DNA of 63,800 nt, counting the filler, from Phoronis australis (Eukaryota > Animalia > Phoronida), in NCBI GenBank assembly GCA_002633005.1. It is 10 parts of 10 records of this genome, joined end to end, with 100 filler letters (N's around TTAATTAATTAA, not from the genome) between each part and the next. Parts side by side here need not be neighbours in the genome. Positions count along the whole stretch, not along the records: positions 1 to 19,583 come from NMRA01000053.1; 9 more parts are not named here. One strand, given 5' to 3'. Position 1 is the stretch's first letter. Every line of letters begins with the position of its first letter. This document shows, piece after piece, positions 1 to 11,403 of the stretch. The notes under the pieces were generated by a model. The model was not told where the DNA came from. It worked only from the letters and a program-made list of their open reading frames with translations, and did not search any database. The position numbers and the translations under genes are program-made.

Positions 1-600
1 AAAATGTATAACTAATAAACTGGCTGACAAAGTTTTTATTTTATGCAATGAAAGTAACATGTTTTGTCAACATTTTGGCTAAGTTTCATTCTCATAACAG
101 TGGGGGCAGATTTGGTACAGCAGTGTACTGAACACAACCTCAAAATGGCATAACGGGGGGCAGTGTAGTAAAACTACTAAATGAGGGTGGTAAATCGGAA
201 TCGTGTTTCAAAAGACATCTGTGTAACAATCTATAGGCTCCACTAAACAATGCCAAGTGAACAATAAATCAATAGCTTTCATTCAAGGAAAAATATGGAC
301 AGTTAAAACTGGACAGTTTTTATACCGTGAAAACATGGCTGCGAAGCCGTAAAATGTGTTTGAACCTATAACTTTAAAAAAACGCAATATTTTGAGGAAA
401 TATTTTACCGCTGTTTATAGATCCCATAGGACTACATATGTGCCAAATTTGGTGAAAATCGGCTGACCCCCACCTTGCCGTTCATGGTTGGTGCTCTCGT
501 GGACTAGTACTTAATGTGTAGAACTAACTTTGGGGTATTGAGTAAAAACAAGGAGTTGACAATATGATTGGTTTTATAATTTCTATAATTCGTTTTGCAG

Positions 601-627
601 CCCAACATGAGCCCCGTGAGCCACAAG
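601..627 (+). CDS. Candidate 27-nt phase 1-1 mini-exon (xQHEPREPQ) of the small Cys-rich gene
   Basis: Good acceptor TTCGTTTTGCAG ends at 600. The only in-phase donor before a stop is non-canonical AAG|GCAATT, and it would join in frame to the exon at 1004. Confidence 0.3.
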
Positions 628-1003
628 GCAATTCAGCCAATATTACCTAATAAAAACGAAATGTTTCGCAAGTAGTTTGGTGGCTTGTATGTCGTCCTCT
701 GCAGAGTTTTTGGTGGGCAATCTTCTTGTTACGTGGAAAAATATCTTTGAGCAGAGGGACTTACCGTGCGTACAGGCACTTCACCTCAACATATGCCGTC
801 AAAAGATGGCGCCACGTAACTTTCACGTTAGTTTAACCTATTTCTATTATTTCAGCACATCAATAAGCCTGTAATAGTTAGAGAATAGATGTACTTAAAA
901 ATTGAAAATTAAACACCACTTTGAAATATGATGTCAAAACTACTTCCTAAACTTGATATTTTTATTTGTTGGCAAGTTTGTGTTCGCTCCTTTTTATCAA
1001 CAG

Positions 1004-1183
1004 CATGTAAAGATATCAATGGTCAAACTCACCAATGGAATAAAGAGTGGGTAGAGACAAGAGGAGTCGCTAAGTTTGACTGCAAATGTAATCACCCGGT
1101 CACTTGGGTGTTTCCCTCCCCCGATGACTTGCCACCAGGATTGATCGAGAAAATTCCTCCATCGGCAAACTGTAAACGACGAG
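1004..1183 (+). CDS. Internal exon encoding 4-Cys FN1/VWC-like module 1 of a small, probably secreted protein
   Basis: Acceptor TTTTTATCAACAG, donor G|GTATAC, 180 nt, phase 1-1. Encodes xCKDINGQTHQWNKEWVETRGVAKFDCKCNHPVTWVFPSPDDLPPGLIEKIPPSANCKRR. Confidence 0.75.
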
Positions 1184-1629
1184 GTATACACTTTTGAGTT
1201 GTTTTATGATGGCATTTTGTTTTGAAAAATACCTAAGATTCATGTACATGTATTGTATCGAAATTTCCAAATATTGTTTTGTGGCAGATTTGGACGACTT
1301 ACTGCAAAGTAACTTGTTGAAAAAGAAGTTGCGTCAAAAATCGTTTTCCTTGTGCAAAAAAGTAAGAAAACAAACAGGAAACGCCCGGAAATCTCCAACG
1401 TTTCAAGAATGAGGAATTGTGCCGCTTATTGTCTTCTTCATAGGTATAGTTTTGTGAACACGCAAGATAAGAACGTGTTGATGTCAAGTTCAAGAGAATG
1501 GTTTTGCTACAGAAGCGATGAATGAGTTTCCAAAAGTCATGTGTTAAAAGACAGCAATTTTCTGTCAATACGATACGGACGACAAATTATGCACGATATC
1601 ACGTTATTCAAATATGCCTTTTTCTCTAG

Positions 1630-1784
1630 GTTGTGCTCGTTCAGGTGGACTTCACATGGATTATAACGAAACGTATCTCGAGGAACGCGATGGTGAGCGA
1701 TACAAGTGCACGTGCATCAATAGACCAGACCCTTTGATGATGGATGACGCAACCCATTCTCACGTTAAATGCCAGGTTGTTTAG
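1630..1784 (+). CDS. Terminal exon encoding 4-Cys FN1/VWC-like module 2 (absent from the ORF track)
   Basis: Acceptor CCTTTTTCTCTAG, phase 1. Encodes GCARSGGLHMDYNETYLEERDGERYKCTCINRPDPLMMDDATHSHVKCQVV-stop. Aligns without gaps to the previous exon over 28 aa. AATAAA at 1927-1932. Confidence 0.75.
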
Positions 1785-2013
1785 TACCCGACACGTTTTC
1801 ACATTTACATGAAAAGATTAAAGCGAAAACTTGGTGCGGAGAGTATTTGGCTTTTGATGGGCTCTGTAACTTTAAAACCTGGCCCAGTGGATAGAGGTAA
1901 ACACCACCACCATGAAGGCACATTAAAATAAAACTGATTTTCGTAAAACCTTTCAAATTACTGGGGAAAACATGTTTTTGTGCCTGTTAACATACAATTA
2001 TTAAAGTTGGTTC

Positions 2014-2016
<3 letters not shown>

Positions 2017-2062
<46 letters not shown>

Positions 2063-2146
2063 TATATATGCATATATGTATGTATGTGTGTATGTATGTA
2101 TGTATGTATGTATGTATGTATGTATGCATGCGTGCTTGCATGCATG
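2017..2146. repeat. Compound (TA)n/(TATG)n microsatellite
   Basis: Directly visible. It explains the spurious YIYIYI ORFs on both strands. Confidence 0.95.
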
Positions 2147-4571
2147 TCTATATTTGTCATTAAGTACTGGGTGGTTGAGGACATGCAGCTGCAGTTTTGC
2201 TCGTTTTTAAGCAGCTTGCTGCATTTGCGGTAGCCGTAAAAGACTGTGGCGAAGTTAAACAATAAACTTATTTATTAAATCAAAACCTTTCTAGTTTCAT
2301 GAGTTGACGTGACTCCATTTTTCTTTCTTCTTTTCCGTTATAACTATGGGTGTTCGGGCGGACGTTTTAAGATTTGACGAAGTGGTGCATTTTTATTTCG
2401 TTGCAACATCACGTGCGAAGTGTTTCTATAATACTATCGTAAACTTGTCATGTTCTTTCACTACAAAGTTTGTCCATTTAGGTGTGACGTAATCATGCAC
2501 ATTACTACATATAGCCCAGGAGGCACAGAACAGTTCTCGTAGGGGTTTGCCTGTCAGAACACACGTCAATGGACTCTTCACCCTTTTTGAACTCTGTCAA
2601 AAACTGCATCCAAATAAAGAAAAGTTTTGAGTCATTTCACATCACAAGCCCTACAGATGAGTACAGATGAAACTCTATTCTCTCTTGTATATTTGACTCT
2701 TTCACTCGCAGTGAGAACCAAGCCAGACTAAGAAAAATAAGGGCAAAATTGCAAAATCGGTACTTTTCACCCCAAAACCACCACTTCCCTAGCGATGCTC
2801 GACTTAAGCCAATCCTAGATTCCGAAAGCAAATTTCCTGCCCATTCCAAAAATGTGGTCCAAAAGTACTGTCAACAAATTGATTTTTTACAAATATGGCT
2901 TGTATGAGGGCAACCTGAAATTGCGGCCAATTTCTCAGTTGTTACACAGGAACGCGTAATTGCAACAGAGCAATTGAAGAAGAGTGCAGCTACAGCCGAG
3001 AAAGTGGCCTTTTTCATTCTCAGCATGTTCACCAATACAATCAAACCACATTCACTTGGCCTACATAAAATACCTAACTAAAATGACCCCAAGCCTGGCC
3101 TACCCCTAGATTTTAATATTTTGGGAATGCAAATTGGCCGCGGCCGCAGCCTAACTGTTCAGCCCTGGAATGCTAACTTCGATCTCGTGCTGCTGTTATG
3201 TGGTTGTGGCCCGCATGGGTGGCATTTGTTAGGATTTGTTTGTTCCGGGATTGGTTATTGCTATGGAAATTACTGACATTATATCTTTTCGCAAATCCGC
3301 CTTTTTTCAACCGCATTGCACAATAGTCATGTCATTGGAAAGCCCTTCATCAGTTCTTGATGGTGAATAATTATAGAAGAAGCAAACGAAAAATAAATTT
3401 AATTCATAAATAATCATCCTTTTGCATACCTTACAGGCTTAAAAATATTATGGAATCCGAGCGTGTTATCAGAATGCAAAAAATAATAGGGCGTAACAGT
3501 AACATGAAAAAGTAAATGAAAAAGATAGGTTAAATAAATGCCGTATCAAACCAAAGGGAAATAATTTCAATGATTCAAAAGATTTCTACCCAAGACAAAA
3601 ATTTTAGAATATGGATCTCTCACAGCTGCTGTGCAGAATTTATTCGGGCATTCATCCAAAATTATTCGTCTTTACGTATGAATTGGACGTTTGGTGCCAT
3701 TGGATACAACGTTTTACTAAAAATTCAGGATGCAGTGACATTTCTAAAAATGTGGCAATTGATTTATCCAACTACCTATCGGAAATTTGATGATAAAGGC
3801 TTTCTGATATATAAAAATGAGCAAACTTCTATTGTGAAGATTTGAAATGTACAGTGGATAGATCATTACATACGTAGGTTGCAGTGTAGGACTTTCAATA
3901 GCAATTTGTAAATAATAAACTCATTTCTTCTGAATCCCTGATACCTACATTGTACATGTACAGTGTGAGTCTTACCGTAAACAAGAAACAACACATTTCA
4001 CGGTTGTTATGTTTATAAAGAAAGTGGACTCAGGAAAATGACAAAATTCATGACAAAGAGATAAATGGACACCTGTTCCATAGTTGTCAACATTCGAGAG
4101 TGAAAATGGGTCCACTAGATTGGAAAGCGATACATCTGGATCTACGCCAAAACTCAATAGTGAAATGTTTGACGCAGCACGTAAACCCGACAGCGTTTTT
4201 CGTCGAACGGGAGACGATACACCCAAAAGTGCTCGTTTTTTGTTTTTTTTAAGTCGAATGGGCAATTGGAAATGCTTCAAAACCCCCTGAAACGTCCTGT
4301 TTTACCTTTTTAGTCGAACGGGAAAATAGTGCTATGTCGCGTGGGAAATTACAGCAAAACATGTATATTATATGTCAGTGTCGCTGCGTGTCAAAAAGCG
4401 GGACATGTTGATGATGTGGCGGGATAAAGGGAAAATTCAAAAATGAGAAAATCCGCCAATAGCGGTACAATAGCGGAGTTGCAACGCCGCCATATTGGAA
4501 ATTGGTCAGAATGTTGCATTGTGGTTAAGCCGGTAAACAAATACGTCGGCGTGAGGGCGAATCGGCCACAG

Positions 4572-4816
4572 GGAGGTTATACGTGTTGTGTGCCTGGCAT
4601 GCTATAATACCAGTTAGCGAGATAAAAAATTTAGTTACTACCTGTTTCCCAAGGATCAAGAATTGCGTTAAAACATGGGTCAGAGACATCGGTAGAGCTG
4701 GTAGCAAAGGCCGACTTCGTGAATTCTTTCCGACTTCGTAGCATAAAGTATGCAGCGCTCATTTTGAGGGCGGCAAGAAAACGTATCTTGGAAACTGCCC
4801 AACAATATCTCCCTTC
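4572..4816 (+). pseudogene. Decayed THAP zinc-finger domain, probably transposon-derived
   Basis: Manual translation across 2 frameshifts and 2 stops gives GGYTCCVPG/CYNTS*RDKKFSYYLFPKDQELR/KTWVRDIGR...PTS*HKVCSAHFEGGKKTYLGNCPTI. The C2CH, FP, W, CSxHF and PTI hallmarks of THAP are present. Confidence 0.8.
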
Positions 4817-5136
4817 AAAGAAACAGTAACAAATACTCCACGGTGGTTGGTAGTGAAAAAAAACTTGTTTTCGCTTGACCAGAACCAAGCCAACGATGAG
4901 CAATTTTGAGGCTCTGCACAATCACCTGTTCTGGGTCAACTCACTTAGCGTACGCACACAAAATGCATTACGCGCTAAGATAAAGCGTGCAGAATATTAT
5001 TATTTACTTTCTACAAAATTGTGGTACATTGCTATCAAAATTCGTTGTTAAATTACGATCATTTTTCATAAAATTGTGTTGAAGTTCCAGGGCGAAATCT
5101 TGCCGACAAATGCGTAGCTGCTGGTCTCGCAATCGT

Positions 5137-5585
5137 NNNNNNNNNNNNNNNNNNNNNNNNNNNNNNNNNNNNNNNNNNNNNNNNNNNNNNNNNNNNNNNN
5201 NNNNNNNNNNNNNNNNNNNNNNNNNNNNNNNNNNNNNNNNNNNNNNNNNNNNNNNNNNNNNNNNNNNNNNNNNNNNNNNNNNNNNNNNNNNNNNNNNNNN
5301 NNNNNNNNNNNNNNNNNNNNNNNNNNNNNNNNNNNNNNNNNNNNNNNNNNNNNNNNNNNNNNNNNNNNNNNNNNNNNNNNNNNNNNNNNNNNNNNNNNNN
5401 NNNNNNNNNNNNNNNNNNNNNNNNNNNNNNNNNNNNNNNNNNNNNNNNNNNNNNNNNNNNNNNNNNNNNNNNNNNNNNNNNNNNNNNNNNNNNNNNNNNN
5501 NNNNNNNNNNNNNNNNNNNNNNNNNNNNNNNNNNNNNNNNNNNNNNNNNNNNNNNNNNNNNNNNNNNNNNNNNNNNNNNNNNNNN
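5137..5585. other. Intra-scaffold assembly gap (449 N)
   Basis: N run without the TTAATTAATTAA core. A second such gap lies at 26339-26436. Confidence 0.98.
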
Positions 5586-6308
5586 TGGGGTCAAAGTACT
5601 CTAGAGATTCTAGAATATTCTGATAACAAATTGTAACAGCCAATAATACGAGTGGATATGATCATGTGTTTTTTATTAGCCAATCACTAAATAAGTAGAA
5701 TGTTATTTTATGGGCTGAAATCAACAAGATAATTAGATGCGCTATATAGTTGAAGCATAAAGGCTTGCTACAGTGTACAGAAGCAATTGTACGACAGAGC
5801 CATCTCGTGGAAGATTCTAGAAAGGATCTTGGCAAGGGCAAGGGTTAACGAACAGAAAGTTAACTAAGAGCTTGTCACTTGCATTGTGGGTAGTAAGATA
5901 CTACCTGAAGTTTTGCGTCATCAGCCAGAGACTGTGACCAGCAAGAAGAGTCGCGGGTAGAAGAAATTGCCTGCAAGTGTTGCATCACCAGAGACGGTGA
6001 CCAGCAAGTACACTATCGCTATACAGTGTGTGTAGTTCGAAGATTCACCAACAGGACAGACATCCAACAAGTGGAGAGTCCTAGCTTGGATAGCAGATAA
6101 GACCTTTGATCGTTTTGGTTGTTTGATTAAAGTAATCTTTAAAGAGGGCTCTAGCGTAGATACTCTTTGTAGTTGATTACTTAATTAACAATAGGTTTCA
6201 TTTGTCTAATTAGGGGTTATCATATAATAAATTAATTACTGGATTTGATTATTCACTCCCCATCTACGCACAATCTCAAAGCATAGCTACCTTCTAAACA
6301 AACCCACA
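5586..6308 (+). mobile_element. Candidate LTR (solo, or 3' LTR) of an LTR retrotransposon
   Basis: Two AGCCAAT boxes, a TATA-like GCTATATAG, an internal direct repeat (CCAGAGACtGTGACCAGCAAG x2), AATAAA near 6226 and a terminal ACCCACA. The 5' end runs into the gap. No partner LTR or internal ORF is seen. Confidence 0.35.
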
Positions 6309-8317
6309 GTCAATCATCTGACACTATTAGTTCGTAAAGGACCCTTGAAACATGCCGTTTGTCTCCAATAGTTCGTACTGTAGGCGCCCGAGGTAAAATA
6401 GTTCGTACACATATTTGCGTCTGAAAAATAATTCGTACAAGCTTTTTAGATCGGTAAAATGGAAATTTTCCTTCTTATAAAAGAACACAAATCAATAAGC
6501 GCCAATTCTATTCAGGTAATCGGAATCCGTTGTTTGCTTTACTACGTTAGCATAGAGCTCGAAAAGTCGTTTTTCAGATCGCCATTTTCACCTCGGCCAA
6601 CCCGCGATCGAGAACGCCCGGTAGGCGATCGAGAACGAGACCTTGCACCAAAAATGACAGACGACATTGACGTATCCGGTGAGTTTAAGTGTCATTTTCT
6701 GCTTAAATAGAGGTCACTTTGGTAAGAATGCTACACACAGAAAAGCGTCAGAGTGCAGCCTTTGTCGTGGACATGAAATAATACTTGGCTTTTGCTTATT
6801 TTTTAAAATAAAGAGCTCAGAAAGCAATAGATTTCGGTAAAATGTCTACGCCTCGTAAAATTGACAATTTCTACTTGTTATTAACAATTCCAGGGTTCTT
6901 AAGAAGAGACATGTGACGTTTATAGTTTAATCGTCCCTGGTGACACCTTTGTTAGTTATGATTTGTGAAACAATTTGAGATATTTACCAACACAAGCAGG
7001 TCCTTGTGTGAGACGGCGATCGGGAAAGATGTCGTTAATTCTCCACGGCGATCGTGAACACAAGAAAGCGATCGTGAACACACATTTTTTTCTCTACAAT
7101 GGCCTGAATAGTCGTTTAAGTTACGGTATTATGTCAATAATTTTAGAGTAATAAGGAGCCTGAATTAGTTGATGGGTTCACCGTTGAATAATGACGGGAC
7201 GGGTTTTCACGGACGTGAGGTCATTTTTTCCTGGGCTAAAAATTCATCGCATTAAATTTAGACCCTCTGAAAAAACTAGCCGGAGTAATTTTTCTTGGCT
7301 CATTATTTAATGCTACACCTGCTCGGTTGGGTATATTTCCACTCGGCTTACAGTGGGAAATTCTGTATTTTGGGTATAGGTCGGATGCGCAATTCAGTCG
7401 TACAGGTTTGATATTTTGATTACTATGTACTTTCCTTTATTGCGCAAGTTTTGAGTCACAAAACAACTTAAAAAGCTCGTTAGCAAGCAGTGTAAATCCA
7501 CAAAATAAATTTCCAAAATAAACTTTAACATAAGTACAGATTTTGCCGGGATATGTTTGTTTTAATAAAACAGACGGAATCTGATTTTGGAATACTTATT
7601 AAGAAAAGAATTTTTGAAGCAGTGTTTATTTCAAAAGAGAATAATTATATTATTCACTTAGATGTACTCGGTGATTTTGATGGCTAGCGAGTGGGTTCGG
7701 AGATGTTATTTTTCAGAACAAGTAAAAATACATATGATTGTCATTGATACCAAATATATACTTTAGTACAATCAACAAACAGCATCATTATTGGATAAAA
7801 GCATATGCCGGTCAATAATTTTCTTTTAGTTGATCTTATATGGTCTCAATCACCAAGACTGATGTGGAAACAGCGCATAATCGCTCCGCTTAAATTACGG
7901 TGACAGAACATACTGTAAAAACCTAGTGTCAGCACCTCTAAACTCCATGGCCGAACCTAAAAACCAAAAAAAAAAATCAAAAAACTTAACTCTTTGGCTG
8001 CAAGCCTACTGCGAGCCCACGGATTTTTTGATTGATGCCGTAGGGCTCCCACTGTTTTCAGCCATTTTTGTCCTGGGTAACACTTCAATATGGCGTCATA
8101 TTGAGAACGCGAGCTGCATGTATCTGAGTGGCGCGCGCTCGGTCTATCCCCACTGACCGTGACTTGGAAATGCGTCTCTTTTTATGGCAAGACAGCAAAC
8201 AATACTATACTTTCTGGGGATGAGCACGCTCGTATGTATGAGTGACCTGTCACTCACATATGTTGCTGTCAATGTAAAATGCACTCCAATGTGTTTTGTT
8301 CCAGGTGTTACGTTTGG

Positions 8318-8676
8318 GACCTGATTGCATGTTGAGTTTTATTTATACTGCTGCAATTGTATTACTTTAAATCATTTAGGGAGAGTTTCATAATCGAACA
8401 GGCTAACGACGTCGAGTCGATATTGACCTACCTTTTGAACTTTCCATGTGAGAGGGCAGTGTTGAAGTAGTATGGGATAAAACTGAGAAAAAAAGTGTCA
8501 TATATAGTTAACGGTTTTGTTTGCGACCTGATTGCATGTTCAGTGTTATTTACACTGCTGCATACATGCACTTTAAACTATTTTGGGAAAGTTTGATGCT
8601 CGAACCGGCTAACGACGTCCAGTCGACATTGACCGACCTTTTGAACTTTCCATGTCAGAGGCCACTGTTAAAGTAG
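8318..8676. repeat. Diverged direct duplication, ~152-bp copies at 8318-8470 and 8525-8676
   Basis: Both copies run GACCTGATTGCATGTT...GGCTAACGACGTC.AGTCGA.ATTGACC.ACCTTTTGAACTTTCCATGT...AAGTAG. Confidence 0.85.
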
Positions 8677-9265
8677 TCCCGGGAGTGCAATACGAAAAAC
8701 AATACCACAGGGCCGTATTGCAGTCAACGTATTCAACGCGTATGGGAACAACTGACAAGCGATGCATATGCAGTAATACCATTACCCTCGAAGAGATGCT
8801 TTACAACGTTTCAACGTTGCTGTCGCCAGACTGATGTTCCTCTCCAACATCAATGTCGAAAATCGACGTTACAAGTGATGGAAACTTGTGTCCTTTGTTT
8901 CTAACTTTTAACCCATTTTTTAAGAAAGGGACGTACTGATTTTGTCTAATGTTGGTAGAGCATAACTTTTGGTTTTTACAATATGAATTGAGTTGGATGC
9001 ATTCATATTACATGTAAGTGGCTTCATTGAGTTGAACAGAACATAAATTAACTGTAACACAATGAAGTTTTGAAAATAAATAGAACAGTAACAGCACTTC
9101 CTAAGAATCGAGCTGTTTTCGAAAACTTTGCGCTATTGGTGATCTGCATTTACGGCGGTAAAATAATAGACCAAGTATCGTGCACGTGTGAACCGTAGAA
9201 ACACTTTGTATCTTATTCTTATTTGGCCAGTCTGTTGATACAGTAAATTTCCTTATTAATTGAAG

Positions 9266-10634
9266 CAGGGCTCAACACTAACGGTTGCCCGATTGCCCGT
9301 GTACATGTAGATTTTGCGTCGGGCAAGTGGAATTTGAAAAGTACTTGCCCGATGGGCAAGTTAAAAAGCTAGCCGCATAGGCAAGTAGATCCTAAGATTG
9401 TCTGCTCGACATTTGCTCCAAAGTAACGAACCCCGACACAAGCCTAAAAACCGTCAAAGAAACTCCCGTCTTCGAATGAGGACCGAAAGGAAAATAGATC
9501 GAGTGTTATGCAGCGTGCACAGATGACACTCACAGTCGAATCCTTTCGATTCTCTGAACGTGCCCTGCAGTTTCTGAATAAGTTGTAACGTGATACTACT
9601 GATCGTCTGCACTCTGGCAAAACGTCTAAACATGGAAGCCGTCCATGCCTGGACGGCATTGGTTTAGTTGCTAAAAAACAAGTTCAGGAAGAATCAAAGC
9701 AATAATATGAAACGGAAAAAGTGCGGGGATGGGTTCCGTCATGGGAAATTAGGTTTTCTGGCCTGCGAGACAGTGAACAATGGACGACGTTTGATTTTTG
9801 CCGGCGTTTACCCATGTACAGCTGGAAGCACCGCGTTCGTCAGCGGATGTAAGTCATACAGATAAGCGCAAAAGCTAAAAAGTGAAGGATTGACGACATA
9901 TTTTCTACACTACACAGCAGTTTAAAAGGCCTGGTATTTATTCAGGGGGAATTCCAAAGGACATTCTTATGAATTCCCGGCTCCCGGTGGCGACTCCCGA
10001 AAGAAGAGGAATACGATACGGTCTTCGGGATTGCCGTTCTGAAGTCTGAAGGGTGACTTTTTCGCGGTCTATCTGTTTTTCAAAAATGTAATTATTTATT
10101 GAAAATAAAAGTATATGTGGCATTATTATATGTTTAAATTTGATTTTAATTTAATACAAGGTACCGATGACCAAAACTGTGCAAGATTTTTACGGATAGC
10201 AAAAATTGAAATTCAGGTTAGCAACAACTCAAGTTTAATGCATAAGGGCGTATAAACTAATGAATACGCAGAAGTGTCGAGAGTTCATGCCCTAGCTCAT
10301 TTCGGCGCCTGTGAATGTGTGACAATGGTTCAGATACCATAGTTACTCTTCTAATTTGTCTCTCTAGTGTTTTGACACACCTTATAAATAAATGTTCTAT
10401 AAGAAGAATCGTTAAAAAAATAGTAACTCATGTATGTAGCGTGCACAACACAAGAGGAGGCTCAGCACAGGCAGCCCTACGGTAACACATTACCTACAGT
10501 AGGTGTGCACATGCGCGGTGCTATTTGGGATTGTACTTGGGGCAAGTGAATTCGTTGTTCGGGCAAGTAAAAATTTCAACTACTTGCCCGAAGGGCAAGT
10601 GGCTTCAAAAGTTAATGTTGAGCCGCCCATCCTG
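9266..10634. mobile_element. Non-autonomous TIR DNA transposon, hAT-like
   Basis: Left end CAGGGCTCAACACTAAC. Right end GTTAATGTTGAGCC(gcccat)CCTG. Clustered subterminal GGGCAAGT/ACTTGCCC motifs at both ends. No transposase ORF, and the TSD is not clean. Confidence 0.75.
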
Positions 10635-11174
10635 ATTTGACTGCAACTTGAGCTTGTTGGGTTCTATCATACATGTATATTGGGTTGGCATTGGGACCCA
10701 CATGGTGCTTACTCGAATGAGCTTCATTTTACCAACTATTTCAAATCGAGTACGTGAAGTCAATAAAGTGGGTGATTATCATCACCGGAATTTCATCATT
10801 AGTATCTTTTGCCGGGTGTCCAAATTTTCTGAGACTAGGGCGTGTCAGATTTGTAAGTTAGAAGTGTTTCGCTGGATGTCCAAGTCTGTGGCGTTATTTA
10901 TACCGGACCAAAATTAAAAAACGAGACCTTTGTTTAAATCAGAAGCTGCATGATACACGTATTACCAGGCGTGCGCAGGCAGCGCATGTGGGCCCATTGC
11001 ACTGATCACTTGAAACCATTTGTATGGTTTATTAATATATAGTTAAACCAAGCTGAGGAGCTTTAAACCAGATTCAACGCAATTTTTGGCAGTGGGATTT
11101 TCTGGAAAATGGTCGTACGTTAACAAGAAATTGACAGCAATGCACTGCAGTTTTGTTGAAACTCTGTCATAGGT

Positions 11175-11403
11175 TAGAGATGCGTCACAGAGCGTAAATT
11201 TGATGAATTCTAGCTTACGATGTCACCCGTTTCGGAGACCGGGGCCCGGTCTCCAATCTCCGTACTCAGACTCGAATCATGCTCAAACTCACACTTCATA
11301 CTCAACTCGAGTACAGACTCAGCTTTGGTGTATTCAATGTCATACTCGAAAAATCTGTACTCGAAATTTCGAGCACGTACTCAGTTTTCGAGTGTACTCG
11401 AGC
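11175..11403 (+). mobile_element. Single end of a hAT-like element with TACTCG/ACTCGA subterminal repeats
   Basis: Starts TAGAGATG (Ac/Ds-type terminus), followed by many TACTCG/CGAGTA motifs. No matching right end was found. Confidence 0.4.

Noticed and set aside
1980-2262. ORFs rich in YI/YV/HT
   Set aside because: They are translations of the (TA)n/(TATG)n microsatellite.
3130-3167. CAGGGCTGAACAG terminus (minus strand) of a hAT-like element
   Set aside because: No matching opposite end was found, so the extent cannot be defined.
5004-5643. Long X-containing ORFs
   Set aside because: They are artefacts of reading through the N gap.
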